Positions 37,106 through 51,588 of a stretch of DNA of 64,000 nucleotides are shown here, piece by piece. The notes beneath the pieces were generated by a model. It ran no database searches. It worked only from the letters and a program-made list of their open reading frames with translations, and was not told where the DNA came from. The position numbers were made by a program, and so were the translations under genes. Source of the stretch: Leptogorgia sarmentosa (taxonomy: Eukaryota); contig OZ210885.1 in assembly GCA_964658305.1 (NCBI GenBank), forward strand, positions 4,092,001 to 4,156,000. Direction: 5' to 3'. The stretch's first letter is position 1. Each line of letters starts with the position of its first letter.

Positions 37106-40100
37106 CTAGTTTTCTGAAGATAGTTCCAACAGTTGCTTCAGTAAACCATCTTCATTCTTCAACAGTGCTTGAGGTGTGTCACAGTCAACAATATTTCCTT
37201 GATCCAAGAGCATTATTCTGTCACTGTCTAAGATTGTACTCAAACGATGTGCAATAGTTATGACCGTGCAATCTTTGAAAACCTCTCGAACAACATTTTG
37301 TATGTCTTCATCTGTCTTCCTATCCACCTTACCCGTTGCTTCGTCAAAAATGATGATCATGTTCTTCTTCAGCAGAACTCTTGTTAAATGTAACAATTGC
37401 CGTTCGCCCAAACTGAAATTTGAATCACTTGAATTAATTTCATTATCAAGTTTTCCAGGCAGATTTGAAATAGCAGATTCCATTTTAGTCTGAGCAAGAG
37501 CCGCCCATATGTCGTTGTCGCTGTGTTCTCCCAAGGGATCAAGATTGATTCTGATTGTACCGTTAATCAGGATTGGAGCCTGGGAAATAACGGAAATTAC
37601 TTGACGAGAAGATACCACATTGATCTCTCTTATATTCAAACCATCCACAAATATATCTCCCTCAGTTAAGGCAAGTCTCATCAACGCAGCTACCAATGAT
37701 GACTTGCCAGCTCCGGTACGACCAGCAATTCCAATTTTTTCTTTTGGTTTCACTTTGAATGAAATATTCTTCAGGACTTTAGGGCCACCCTTGTAATGCC
37801 ACAATGAGACACTTTGAAACTCGAGTCCACCAGCGTTCGGCCATTTTTCAGGGGAGGACTTGGGGAGACTTTGCCCACGTTCTTGTGGAATTTGAGTGTA
37901 AGCCATAGCACGTTCTGCTGACGTCATCTGGGCGTTAATGACACCGAAAAAACGAACAACAACTCTCACTAATGTGTTGGTTTGTAGTGCGTAGAGAATA
38001 GTAATGGCACCAAGTTCTATAATAAGGTAGTACAATTATATAAGCGCAGCAAGTTTCAACAGTCAATGTGTAGCATGCAGTAGCATTCTGAAAGTCTATG
38101 ATCACTATATAAATTAAATATAGTTTTGACGGTTTTGAAAAAATAACCAATTCGCGCAGTCTTATTATTTCCAAAGTAGACTCGAAACAATGCTATTCGA
38201 ATGAGAAATCATACTGGGTCTGGATGGAGTATAATTGATGATCTTTCATCAATCAATTGCCTACATTTAAAATGAATTTTATATAAATATTTGCATTCAC
38301 AACTGAGACAATTGAGTCAGCCGCCATGTTGATAGTCAGTTAATTACTAACCATAATAAATTTTATTATACGCGGCCAACATTTGTTTTGGCAAATGGCG
38401 CAATCTGATTGGCTGCTGATGGGGGAGGATTTTCCCGTATTGCTCACGGGAAATACGCAGTTTTTATTGCCCTGTCAGGAAACCAATCACAAAAAGCTTT
38501 AAATTTCAATGCGATTTCATTTTTTAAAGTAGAAATTATTAAAATGCGCAACGAGGATTATTCTGAAAGCCAGTTTTATTACCCATAGTTTAAAATGAGG
38601 GATACGAAACTGTTTTTTGTCAGCTTAAACAGTATAATAATTTGGTATATTATACCTCAAATTCAAATTGTCCAATGAAAAAACAGCATTTGTACCACGT
38701 GATAGTGTGATTTTTTACGGTATTTCACTAAAATTCATGATTTCGCAATCCAGCGTGGGATACTATAATATCCCACGGCAGATCCACCGTGCGTGACGCG
38801 TGGGCAACACGCGCTTAGCATAGCTAATTAGATATGCAAGATGTCGGGCGAGCAAGACTCGGGCGAAGAAATAAATAAAGTTTTTGAAAACAATGATGCA
38901 AAAATGTTTTGTTCGGTATAATATATCATTTATAGACCCTCCGCTCGTGGGATTCGGCGTAATATCATCACTTCGGGAAATATTACGCCGAATCCCCCTC
39001 GCTCCGGGTCTATAAATGATAATTATTCGTGCATGTCGTTTGAGCTCATTTCGAAACGCACATACAGTATGCCATATAATAAAAAACTTACTGACTTCGA
39101 CTGTTCGGGCTGTACGGGAAAATATCAAACCTCGGTCTTTCTGCATGTATTAACTCTCGGTCAGTAAGTTATTAATATTGCAGTCGGACTGCATTCAGTT
39201 TTGTCTTCCACGATATTTTGCACAATTCGCATGTGAAAAAACAATAAAAAAAGTGAAACGTACTTGCTGTGTAGGTATCCTTTGTAGAAAAAATTATTAC
39301 CACTGTAATAATTCCTGCCACAAACGTTGTTAAGCCGCAGCAGACTATATCAAAACATCTGGATGAGGTATAAAATGACAGAACTGCAGCAGTGTGCTTG
39401 TCAATATGCCTGCAAGAAATATAATGTAAGTTGTAAAAAAATAATGTAAAAAAAATATTAAGTAAGCTAAAAGACGCCGTCAAAAGGGGTCGTTTAGCGT
39501 ATTAGTTTTTTAGAGACGTTCAGATTTACCAGTTATATATAGTTTTAGGATAAAGTGAAAATAGATTGAGAAGTTACACCCAGTTCCTGAACGGCAAAAT
39601 AAAATTCGACGTTGAAAATAGGTAAAATGCATACAATTACAAATCGTATCTACACGAAATATTGGCATACGTGATCACAATTGTTCTGCCGTTGCGGTGG
39701 ATAACAGCATAGGTAGCCCACATATACACTTATTTTTATAGCTAATATTTATCTCAAAAATCGTTAAAAATAATGAAAATGTATATTTGAATGTTATAGT
39801 TATGTCTTTCGTTGCTTAATGTGCCTCTCATTAACTATGCACTCAGTGGCTCTCACGCACGCAGTTGATGTATATTAAACAATTATTGAATGAGGTCGAG
39901 TAGGGTATGAGGAATTATTAAGGCCGAGGTTTGTTTTATTTGTCGAAGCCGAAGGCTGAGGCAAATAACACAAACCGAGGCCTTAATAATTCAGCATATC
40001 CTACGAGAACCGAATTCAATAAATGTTTTATTATTTATTTGTATCTTTATCAGACCTAGGGTAAACCGACTTCTTTGAGAAAGCCATTTGTATTTTTCAG

Positions 40101-42671
40101 CTTTTGGCATAAGCAGCATAAATTAGTCGACGTCATAATGTCATATAATTTTCAATATAAGACATAATTACGTCATAATGTCGTATATGAGGATTTAATG
40201 CACTGCTCTTAACCAATCAAAACTATTGAATTATTTGAAATAAATAATAAACTTATATATTATACGACAATGACGTCACCTTACCATATAAGGGCAAAAC
40301 AGAGTGCAGATACCCAGCCGTATTGCACTCGCCGTATTGCACTCTAATATACTGCTGTTAGTATACAGCAGCAGTAACTATAGGCAACTAATTTACCATG
40401 CAGAGTCAAATATACCTGAAGACTTGTTCTGTATATTCTTTCTGCCTGGAATGAATTCTAATAGTTTTCAGACCTTCCATTGTGTTGGAGAAATGAGAAT
40501 AGACAGGACCTGCTGCCATCAGCATCAGACGTTTTAAATCGGTAGATGAAGTAATATAGACACTTCCAATGAAGTAAAATAACGGCATGGAACATAAAAA
40601 TGCGAGGATCAACCAGGGATTTGTGATGCTAGCCAGCAATATGGTGGAAATGACTGGTGCAAAGAAGTTTAACGTTACACAGGCATAATACGGAAAAAAC
40701 TCATCCAGGATGTTGATATCTTGAGATAAACGGTTTAGGATTCGACCGACAGGATTTGTCGCGTAAAATGATAAGGATGCTTTCATAAGGCACGTAATCA
40801 TCTTGTTATGAACCTGAAAGATTATTCAAAATTTTAACATGCGTTTACAACAGCTAGGTATATATATTTTTACAGATATACACTCACCTTATAGGATGAA
40901 CTCATTAAAAGTAGGAAAATTCCCAGCGTACCCACAACCGTGAGTAGTACTGCAAAAATAAGGTAAATCATGTACAAAACGAACATGTGATGAAGTCTAG
41001 AGTTTCCATCCCCGGCAAACGTTGGGAATTCTGATGAAATGATGTTCACCAAAACAATTAAACCTAAAAATAGAAAACAAAAATTTTGATTTCTATAAAG
41101 TATTGGCCTTTTGTTTGATACTTATTAATTATAGACCTGAATTGGGCGAGAATATTTCCTGAAGAAATAAAAGGATTGTTGGATACATAGCAATTTTTTT
41201 TGCTGTAACATTTCCTAAACCTGCATTAAAGTGTTTGAATATATTTTGTTCGTTTCTACATTCATTGCATGCATGCAAAAAGATGTATTTTTGTTCGGCA
41301 TCATATATATCGTTTACATACCTACATCCAGTCATGATTGCCACTACTCATGGAAATGAATTAGGCGTGGGTTCTTTTCGTAAATATAATAATGTTATTA
41401 CAAAAATACTAATTGTGAAAGCCCCTTGACAAGTTGCACTTATACAGACTGACCTACTGTAAGATGCATGGATATCTACTGTCGCGCAAAATAAACAGCA
41501 TTCACACTAGTCTATGGTTTACGGACCCGTGAAGAAATTATTTTAAGGATGGTCACGTAATTCCGATAAGCATAGTGTAGTTCTGCGTTTTAATTGCGTT
41601 CCTTGGCGCTTGGATTTTGGATTTGGCAAGAGGAACGCCGTTCAAACGCCCGACAAAAATAGGGGGGGGGGGACGTCGTTCACCCTGCAAACCATCACTG
41701 CCTTTATCTCGGTGTATTCCACTCTTAATAGCTACTAACCTGCACCAGAGAAATAAAGCACGGGGACAAGAAGCACGATAAACGGGGAGGCTCCGTGAAG
41801 TAAATATTTCAAGTAAACTTTCAAAGAAACCGTTCCACTCTTTCTATCTTCCTCTTCTTGTTCAAGGTTGACACCTTCCACAGATTCTTTATTATCAGCC
41901 CATACGTCACGTTGCTTGCCATCCTTTGAACTAGTGTCGTCTACAACAGATCCATCAAGTGGAATTGTATTTTTCAAGGTTTCAAAATTTCCTTGAAAGG
42001 CAATCACTCCTCCTTCTCCCAACTGGACAATACGATCAGCCATTGGATAATATTTTGTCGCATGTGTTGTCAAGAGAACTATTCGATCAGATAATAGTCC
42101 TTGGATACAATCTCTAGATTAAAACAATGACATTTATAATAAATATTGTAAAATTTGTCCTTTCAATTATCCTGGATTAGATTTCAAACTTTTATTTCAA
42201 ATTTTTCTCAAATTTTTCATAGCTTAAATCCCTTTAGCTACTATTTGATTTCTCAACATTTTTAAGTGACATTAATAAATATTCAATTTGACTGTTCGTG
42301 TATGCATTTTATAAAGTGTCGAATCTAAAACCTGCAGTTGACATTCAGTTCCTAGCGATATTTGAATAAATCTTATTTTCAATATGATTAACAGGTAATC
42401 GCATGGGGTCCTCCTTAAATTAAGGTTAAAGGTAATTTGTAAAATTTTGGAAACACGCGTAACATTAATCCTTAATTTTACTCGGCCCCATGCGATTACC
42501 TACACAAATCCTTCGGGCAGAACATGAATATACACTCCCCCGAAAAATTAACGCTCTAGCGACGTCCCTGTGAATGAAGAACTGTGATTACTGCCCAGGC
42601 ATTTCAAAAGATTCATTAACCAGGCCCAACGGGTTTATTTACGCCATCTAATCTATCTATATATATATATA

Positions 42672-42754
<83 letters not shown>

Positions 42755-45700
42755 ATATATATATATATATATATATATTAGACACTTCCCAATACAATAC
42801 CATGAAATTTAGGGGTGGGGGGGGGGGGGGGGTGCGCATAGAACAATGATTTACATTCTCCCTCTCCCTTTTGCACATTACGATAAAACTGAAATGAATA
42901 ACTAACCTGAAGAGATTCTCAGCGACATTGATGTCCAAAGAGCTCAGAGGATCATCCAATAAATATATATCAGCTTCAGAATAAACTGCGCGTGCCAAAG
43001 CAATGCGTGTACGCTGACCACCACTCACGGTCGCACTATTTTCTCCTATACGTGTTAAATCATGTTCCGGAAAATTATCAAAATCCTTTTCCAGCTGACA
43101 TGTCTTGATTATCTTGTTGTATTTGCTCTCGTTGTAAGGTAAACCGAATACGATGTTTTCACGAATAGTTCCGGGAAAAACCCAAGGCGAGTCAGAGACA
43201 TAGGCTAATTGACCAGAGTAGTTAACCGAGCCATTAGTCACCAATAACTCTCCTAGAATGCTTTGTAGAAGCGATGACTTCCCAGTTCCGACGCCACCGC
43301 ATATGAGAACCAATTCTGGACTAGCCACTTCAAGATTAATGTTTTTCAATATTGACGAACCTTCGGTTTTTGATTCAAAGAACTGGGAGGAACCACACGC
43401 CGAAGGAACTTGACAAGTTACGTCATTTAAATTAACAAATGGTATAGGAGAGCGTTTGGATTCTTTAGGTAAATCATCCAATTTTACTTTAATCCAGTTT
43501 TTCGCACTTTGAAGAGATTTATTTGATGAATTATCAGTTGCTGTTAGAAACATTTCAATACGCTGAAGAGCACCACGGACGTCGCTGAATAATCGTATGG
43601 TTGTTGGAATACCAACAGCAGCCGATGTATTAATTATTCCAAAGAGGTATATCATGGAAAAGAAATTCAAATATGCGATGTCATTTCTTGCGGTGTAAAT
43701 TAATGTGCACACTGTGATGAAAGTTGCCAAATTTTGACCACAAGCCATGAATCCGTAACTTATCAATGAAATAATCCAACGTTTACATTTGAGTTTCACT
43801 TCTTCCCTAAGGTAAAGAAAATAATTAATTGCTTTATTACTTTTTGAAACAATGAAAAAATTTCTGTGGAATTTCTTTAGTATAGCGGCAAGTTCTTTGC
43901 TATTTTGTGGACATTTACATTCGTTGCTTTCAAATAATCTTCATAAAAAGTTTTTTACAAGCTTCCGTTGATTTTTTTATGTTATGCGAAACCTTTGATT
44001 ACAGTTTCTTCAAGGTTGGCAAACTTTCACCTTTGAGGAAGCCGTTTGTTTTTGTTTTTGTTTTTTTCACATTCCCGTTTGAATCCTTCTAAAGATGATG
44101 TCGTCGTCATTGGTATGATGTCATCACGTGTTATAAAACTCGTCCACGTTATGACGTCATCGTTTAACATGACGATTTCATACATACTAAACCTCTGGTT
44201 GTCATATATTTACAACTATAGCAAAGCAGATTCTTTTGCCTTCAAAAGTGTATAAAAAGGTATTCCATTTAGCGTTAATTTGGGTGTATGAACGTAGTTT
44301 TTGCATCATCATGTAGGGCAAGGTCTTTGCTGTTGGATGTATGACAACGAGTATGTTTCTTTTTATACTTGTAGGAAGTAATTTTGCATCGGGGAATGAT
44401 TAGAACTAACCCTATCCTACTACTTGTTAAATATTTACCATCGTGTTTTCTGTATTTTTTCTTCGAAGATCTTTTCCCAACAGTTCACTTTAACGGAATG
44501 TATCACAGTCAGAGATTCCCTAATATAACCAAGACGTTTCTCTGACAAGCCAGAGGCTTTCTTACGTAAATCATAGTCAACTTTACTACAAAGCATCTGA
44601 AATACGACAAATGATGATAAAAAGATGGTGCCAGGTATGACTTGCCAGCCAATGTAGTAAACCAGCCAAGCTGTAGCGTTTACGGCTTCTGAAAATTGAC
44701 GAAGACCAAAAGGAATATACCATTCTCCACTGGTGACCAATCTTTGCGAATCATTGCAAACTAATTCCATCACGTGACCGCTGTTAACGGCCATTTTATT
44801 CAGTCTGAGCACCTAGATAACGCAGCATATAAAACAATTAACCATTCCCTGATCGATAACACAAAGCATCGTGGGATTTATTTGAAGGGACAGTGCAAAA
44901 CAGACCAAAATATTTATGGACACGCCGCGCGGCTGATCAGCTACGACTCTGCCAGCCACCCAATATTTGTGTACACCGCTGATTTTTGAACTATTTTAGT
45001 GAATATTTATAACTCACCTTTTTATACAACAAACCCATCACTCCCGTCTTGGCTTTGTTCCCTAGATTTGCGCCATGAACATTAAAACGAGCACTTCCAA
45101 ATATTTGCATCATAAATCCCAACACGAAACCATAAACATACATCATGGCATCTTCATAAAATCGGATGTTATTTTTGTTCTCCCCAAAGCCGCTTACTAA
45201 TTGCAGCAAACTAATGAGTGAATACCAAGAAATATTTTCTCCAACAGTCATAACAATCCAAAACACTAAGTACATCATGTAGTCTCCAAAATTGAAATAT
45301 CGTAGCATTGCTTTCCATAACTTCGAAGCCCGTTTATCTATAAATATAGCCAAAATTTATCGGTTGAACTTTGTTATAATTAATATACTGTTCTCAGCTG
45401 ACTTTTTTCTTAATATCATTGTAGTCAATTTCCTGGACGCTGATTGGCTAAAAAGCTTCAACAACTGTGCGAATTAAACATTAATTACACAGGTGTGTAA
45501 TTAATTTTTCAAATACCACGTTTTCGAGCCCGCGATACGCGAGCGGATAAATTTAAAAACAAGTAAAACTACAGTAAAATTTTTGTTTCTCGTATAAATT
45601 TACGATGGATTTTGATTTGTTTGATACTAAAAGGAAATTACACTTGTTTTCGAAGTATTAATGAAAAATTGCACTTGTGCCGAGGAAAAATCTCATTGCC

Positions 45701-46227
45701 CTATCAGTGCATTCGTGCCATGCAATCGCAATAAGCCTAATACTGTATATCTGTTGTAAAAAAACAAACATCTGTATTGATTTCAAACCCATTTTAGTAT
45801 ACACCCAACCATGGTCTATTACAAATGCTAAATTCTGATTGATTACTCAGCCGTTGTCTATTCCGTGATAGACCACGCTTCGCGAAAAAGCAAAGGAAAA
45901 CAATATGGCTACTGCAGAAAACTCGCCCTTTGCTGCAAAATTTTCTTGATAAAAACAATTAGACAACTTGACCTCGTTGTCTAATTGTTAAATAGTAACA
46001 AAATTGATACCTTTCTTTGCAGAATCCTTTTCCTGTTTCCATTTCTCTTCTAAACGTTCAGTGAGTTTACAGCTCTGATCTTTGTCTCTCACGTCGTGCA
46101 GGTCGTCTTGTTGTAGTGGACGTCGCCATCCTTTCAACAGGAGCGGAATGATCCACCACAACGCTACTCTCGATACAAAGTTCGCCCTCTCTTGCGGGTG
46201 ACGCTGTGACGTTTTCCCTGATTCCAT
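37106..46227 (-). CDS. ABC transporter subfamily C, ABCC4/MRP4-like, 1271 aa
   Basis: Exons 46227-46011, 45337-45018, 44812-44439, 43806-42907, 42113-41740, 41063-40888, 40813-40416, 39409-39264, 38016-37106 (3816 nt, phases consistent); lasso motif, NBD1 [21 protein letters not shown]2 [17 protein letters not shown]; no TMD0. Confidence 0.92.
42655..42778. repeat. (AT)n microsatellite in an ABCC intron
   Basis: AT run with two C interruptions. Confidence 0.95.
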
Positions 46228-46545
46228 TTTGCTGTTGTGAATGGGCTTCTCTCATAAACACCTTTGGTCAGGGTATACGATATTGTGAAGATTTAAGAGA
46301 AAAACGTAACCTCTGCAAAAGTTTAAGTATTATCTTAAGATGAGTGACAGGTTCGGCCGTTGAAAAAATCTTTAAACTAAAAGTGTTTTTATCCCTATAA
46401 CTAGAATAAATTGCATTCGATTGCATGTATGAAAAGATATTTGAGTTTTGAATTTAAGTTTTCTATCAGTTTTGTAGAATGTGAATAATTAACAAGAGGA
46501 GAAGTGAACTTTGAAAATAAAATTAACGAAAATATTAAATATATT

Positions 46546-46891
46546 GGCCCCGATTACACTATACCGTATTCCTCTGGAGCGTGGCGATTTTCTGGAGGTG
46601 ATATGAAAAGCAATCCGTATGTTTCGTAGCAGTGTAAACACTACAATCCGGTATTCTCGTAGTGTGCAAAAAAATGTTTTATGACAGCCATTAAATACTG
46701 GTATTGCCATTATTACTATATTTCACGAATGCTGCCTAGAAAAGTCGTTTTTGCTTTTAATTGAATGAATTTTAGCGGGATCTATATTACAAATGACCTC
46801 GGTAGAAACGGGCAAGGCGAGGAGCTGTACGGGGCGTTTTGGCAGTAGTGTGAACAGGCGTGCGTGAATCCGGTATAGTGTAATCCCAGCC
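46546..46891. mobile_element. MITE-like element upstream of the ABCC start
   Basis: Inverted repeats GATTACACTATACCG / CGGTATAGTGTAATC; no clear TSD. Confidence 0.55.
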
Positions 46892-47014
46892 ATAGCTACT
46901 GGATACGCACCTATTAATTAGAAATAAACGGTGCTATTTTAGAAGTAAATGTTCTGAACTTATAAAATTCCGTACAAGGCACGTGATTGTGATCAAGTTG
47001 GACAGAAGAGAGCA

Positions 47015-50000
47015 ATAATTTTGCAACAAAGCTAAGATACAGTCATACAGCATATATAATTGTTCCACTTGGCTAGTTCCAAAATACAATCATATACAAT
47101 CAACTGACATGGCAACTGAGAAACAACCCAGTGATAATAAATTATGTCTTAGTCATTCTATATTATTGAGATATTTTTTAGAAAATATTTCTGGTGGAAA
47201 TCACGAGTCCTCAAGTCTCAACCACAGTAGAACCGATCAGGTTGAAAGAAATCATTCGTGCAAAAGAAATCATTCGTGCATGTGATGTGTGGCACATCAT
47301 GCATGCCTAGATTATAGAATACTCGTCCACTTTTGAAACTGTTACTTGTTATCATGGTACGATGTTACAAATTCAGAAGAATAAGGGGAAATGGGGAATG
47401 ATATTTAAAAAGCCCGGGCAAGCTAGATATAATTTTTTACAACGATGTATGGATATTCACCCCCTCCCCCACAATCAATTAACGCTCTAGCATCAGCTCT
47501 GAGCTATGCTTCTTAAGGTTTCATCTATAGCATTCTCGACAATGTCTTCACACACTGCGGGTCTTGAAACGACCATTAGGCAAATGTAATCTACAAGTAA
47601 GTCCCCAAGTATAGTCCTAGCGAACGCCTCACAGGTGTCTTGTTATTTATATCGTCCGTTGCATACAACATTCTTCAGTATAAGACGAATCTGTAGATCA
47701 TTTTGTCTTACTTGTATTGCTCGAGTCAGGCAGTGTGAGGTGAAAATACTTGTGCAGAATAGCAGCAGGCTCGGCAATTATAACAAATGTAACTATGTAA
47801 GTCGCTCAGGTATGAATGTAGCTACACATTGAGTTTGAACACTTCATTATACTTGCTTACCTATATCAATCCAATTATCCAAATGATAACACTGTTTGAT
47901 AAATTTGTCTCTCAGCCACTGGACAAATTCTATTTCATTCGCCGAGTCGATTTTCAATGCTATAGCTATACAGATACCAAACTTTATAATGTTCTGTCTA
48001 ATTTCACATTTTTCATAACCATGGTCGGCTGCATTTATAGATTACCACAGAACTCTATATCTTTATATGTTTGTGCGGAAAGCGTAACAATTTTGAAACA
48101 AAGACACCGCATATATAATTGTTCCACTTGGTTAGTGCCAAAATAGAATCATATCAACCAAATAGCATGGCAACTGAGAAACAACCCATGCAGTGATAAT
48201 AAAATATGTCTTAGTAATCCTATATTATTAAGATATTTTTATAAGAAATATTTCTATCTGGTGGAAATCATGAGTCCGCAAGTCTCAACCATAGAAGAAC
48301 CGATCAGGTTGAGCGCTCCGAGGACAAAAAGAAATCATTCGCGCATGTGATGTGTGGCATATCATGCGTGCAAGAAATTATTTCCTTCAAAAATTCAGTA
48401 CAAATTCTCCAATGTGGCTAGATTATAGAATACTCGTCCACTTTTGAAACTGTTACTTGTTACCATGGTACAATGTTACAAATTCAGAAGAATACGCGGA
48501 ATGATATTTAAAAACCCTGGGCAAGATATAATTTTTCACAAGGAATATGGATATTCACCCGCTCCCCCAATGAATTAACGCTCTATCTTCGGCTCTGAGC
48601 TATGTTTCTAAGGTTTTATCTATAGCATTCTCGGCAATGTCTTCACACACTGCGGGTCTTGATACGACCATTGGGCAAATGTAATCTATAAGTAAGTCCC
48701 CAAGTAGTCCTAGCGAACGGCCCACAGGTGTCTTGTTATTTATATGATTGTATACAACATTCTTCAGTATAAGACGAATCTGTAGGCCATTTGTCTGGCT
48801 TGTATTGCTCGAGTCAGGCAGTGTGAGGTGAAAATACTTGTGCAGAATAGCAGCAAGTTCGGCAATTATAACAAATGTAACTATGTAAGTCGCTCAGGTA
48901 TGAATGTAGCTACACAATGAGTTTGAACACTTCATTATACTTGCTTACCTATATCAATCCAAATGATAACACTGTTTGATAAATTTGTCTCTCAGCCACT
49001 GGACAAATTCTATTTCATTCGCCGAGTCGATTTTCAATGCTATAGCTATACAGATACCACACTTTATAATGTTCTGTCTAATTTCACATTTTGCATAACC
49101 ATGCTCGGCTGCATTTATAGATTACCACAGAACTCTATATCTTTATATGTTTGTGCGGAAAGCGTAATAATTTTGCAACAAAGACACCGCATATATAATT
49201 GTTCCACTTGGTTAGTGCCAAAATACAATCATACCAACCAACTAGCATGGCAACTCAGAAACAACCCAGTGATAATAAAATCAAGATTGATTGTACCGTT
49301 AACCCGGATCGGAGCGTGGGAAATAACTGAAATTACTTGACGAGAAGATACCAAATATTTCTCCTTCAGTTAAGGCAAGCCTCATCAACGCAGCTACGAA
49401 TGATGACTTCCCAGCTCCGGTCCGACCAGCAATTCCAATTTTTTCCCTTGGTTTCTCTATATCTTTGTGTTTGTGCGGAAAGCGTAGCGATAATTTAACA
49501 ACAAAGACACAGCATATATAATTGTTCTACTTGGTTAGTGCCAAAATACAATCATATCAACTAACTAACATGGCAACTGAGAAACAACCGAGTGATAATA
49601 AAATATGTCTTAGTCATCCTATATTATTGAGATATTTGTTTAGGAAATATTTCTATCTGCTGGAAATCATGAGTCCGGTCTTAACCACAGTAGAACCGAT
49701 CAGGTTGAAAGAAATCATTCGAGCAAAAGAAATCATTCGTGCATGTGATGTGTGGCATATCATGCGTGCAAGAATTTAATTCCTTCAAAAATTCAGTACA
49801 AATTCTAGTCCAGCATGGCTAGATTATAGAATACTCGTCCATTTTTGAAACTGTTACTTGTTACCATGGTACGATGTTACAAATTCAGAAGAATAAGCGG
49901 ATGATATTTAAAAAGCCTGGGCAAGATATAATTTTTCACAAGGATATATGGATATTCACCCCCTCTCCCCCAATGAATTAACGCTCTAGCTTCGGCTCTG

Positions 50001-50605
50001 AGCTATGTTTCTAAGGTTTCATCTATAGCATTCTCAATGTGTTCACACACTGCGGGTCTTGATACGACCATTGCGCAAATGTAATCTATAAGTAAGTCCC
50101 CAAGTATAGTCCTAGCGAACGGCCCACAAGTGTCTTGTTTACTTGTTATATTTATATGATTGGCCTTTGATTGCATACAACATTCTTCAGTATAAGCCGA
50201 ATTTGTAGGCCATTTGTCTTACTTGTATTGCTGGAGTCAGGCAGTGTGAGGTGAAAATACTTGTGCAGAATAGCAGCAGACTCGGCAATTATAACAAATG
50301 TAAGTCGCTCAGGTATGAATGTACACAATACACATCGAGTTTAAACACTTCATTATGCTTGCTCACCTATATCAATCCAAATGATAACACTGTTTGATAA
50401 ATTTGTCTCTCAGCCACTGGACAAATTCTATTACATTCGCCGAGTCGATTTTCAATCCTTTATAAAGATACCACACTTTATAATGTTCTATCCATTTTCA
50501 CATTTTTCATAACCATGGTCGGGACCCGTCGGGTATATTATAGAACACCACAGATGTCTATATCTTTGTGCGGAAACGCCGGAAAGCGTAACAATAATTT
50601 AACAA
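47015..50605. repeat. Tandem triplication of a ~1.1 kb non-coding unit
   Basis: Units at ~47015-48080, ~48080-49160 and ~49455-50605, plus a partial unit at 49160-49280. Confidence 0.9.
49281..49455 (-). pseudogene. Degenerate fragment of an ABCC NBD2 exon
   Basis: Aligns to 37539-37751 ([14 protein letters not shown] region) with substitutions and two deletions. Confidence 0.85.
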
Positions 50606-51588
50606 CAGGGTGTTAAAAATAAAAAGGTCATGCAAACTTAGTCCGTGAGTGTATCTATCTAAAATCTTTACAGTTGTAATGTTGAATTGCCAAGGCAGTC
50701 GAAAGCTCGTCAAAATAGTGTAATCCAACACCAGCCGTAAATAATTTATTTGAACATTACTTAATTGATTATAATGAATATAGCATTTATACTTAGGGCC
50801 TGTTTATATGGAGGCGAGTTACCCGGTTGACCGAGTTACTCGCTTTGCCGGGACAAACAAGCGTTCTGTTTATATGGAACCGAGTTACTCGGCATTCATC
50901 TGTTCAACACACTGTAGTTACATGAAGTACCCTAACTTAGTAGTACATTAGAATGTACTACGCATGCGCTGTTCGCAAAAGTTCCTCCCGGCAAGCCGAG
51001 TTTCCCGTACCGTAGGATACGGACCGCTCAGCAACCAATCAGAAAGCTCTATTTAGGTTACGGACCGGGAGTTACGGACCGGAAAAAAATAAAAGCTGTT
51101 ATTATACATTGTAGATGGTAAAAGCAATCTGATTGGCTAAGAGCATACAGTTAAATCGCGCAATCACGCAACCCCCAGGAAATCCAGTTATCTGCTAGCA
51201 GATAACTAATTAGGTACACAATGAGCTTGTTTTCAGTATGGTTTCATAAATAAAGTTTTTCATGCGTTGATACTTCGTTTATTATTCTTCAAATGTATAA
51301 TAAAACAATTTTTGAATTCGGTTTTTTTGATATGCAAAATTATCAAGGTCTCGGTAAGGCTCGGCTGATAACGCTTACCTCGACCCTGATAATTCCGCAT
51401 ATCACAAAAACCTCATCCAATAATTGTTAAATATTTGACAGTTTTCAAAAAATTACAGAAATATGAATTTCCGATCGTGTTGCCATGACAACAACCTCAG
51501 GCAACCTTTGAAGTACTTCATGTTCCAAAAATATAGTTGCATTAATTGGTTAGTAAGGCGAGGGGTTGCTGCATGTATGTATTTCTAG

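Noticed and set aside
47829..49779. Repeated ORFs in the triplication as a small gene family
   Set aside because: Frames are not maintained across the three units and no domain is recognisable
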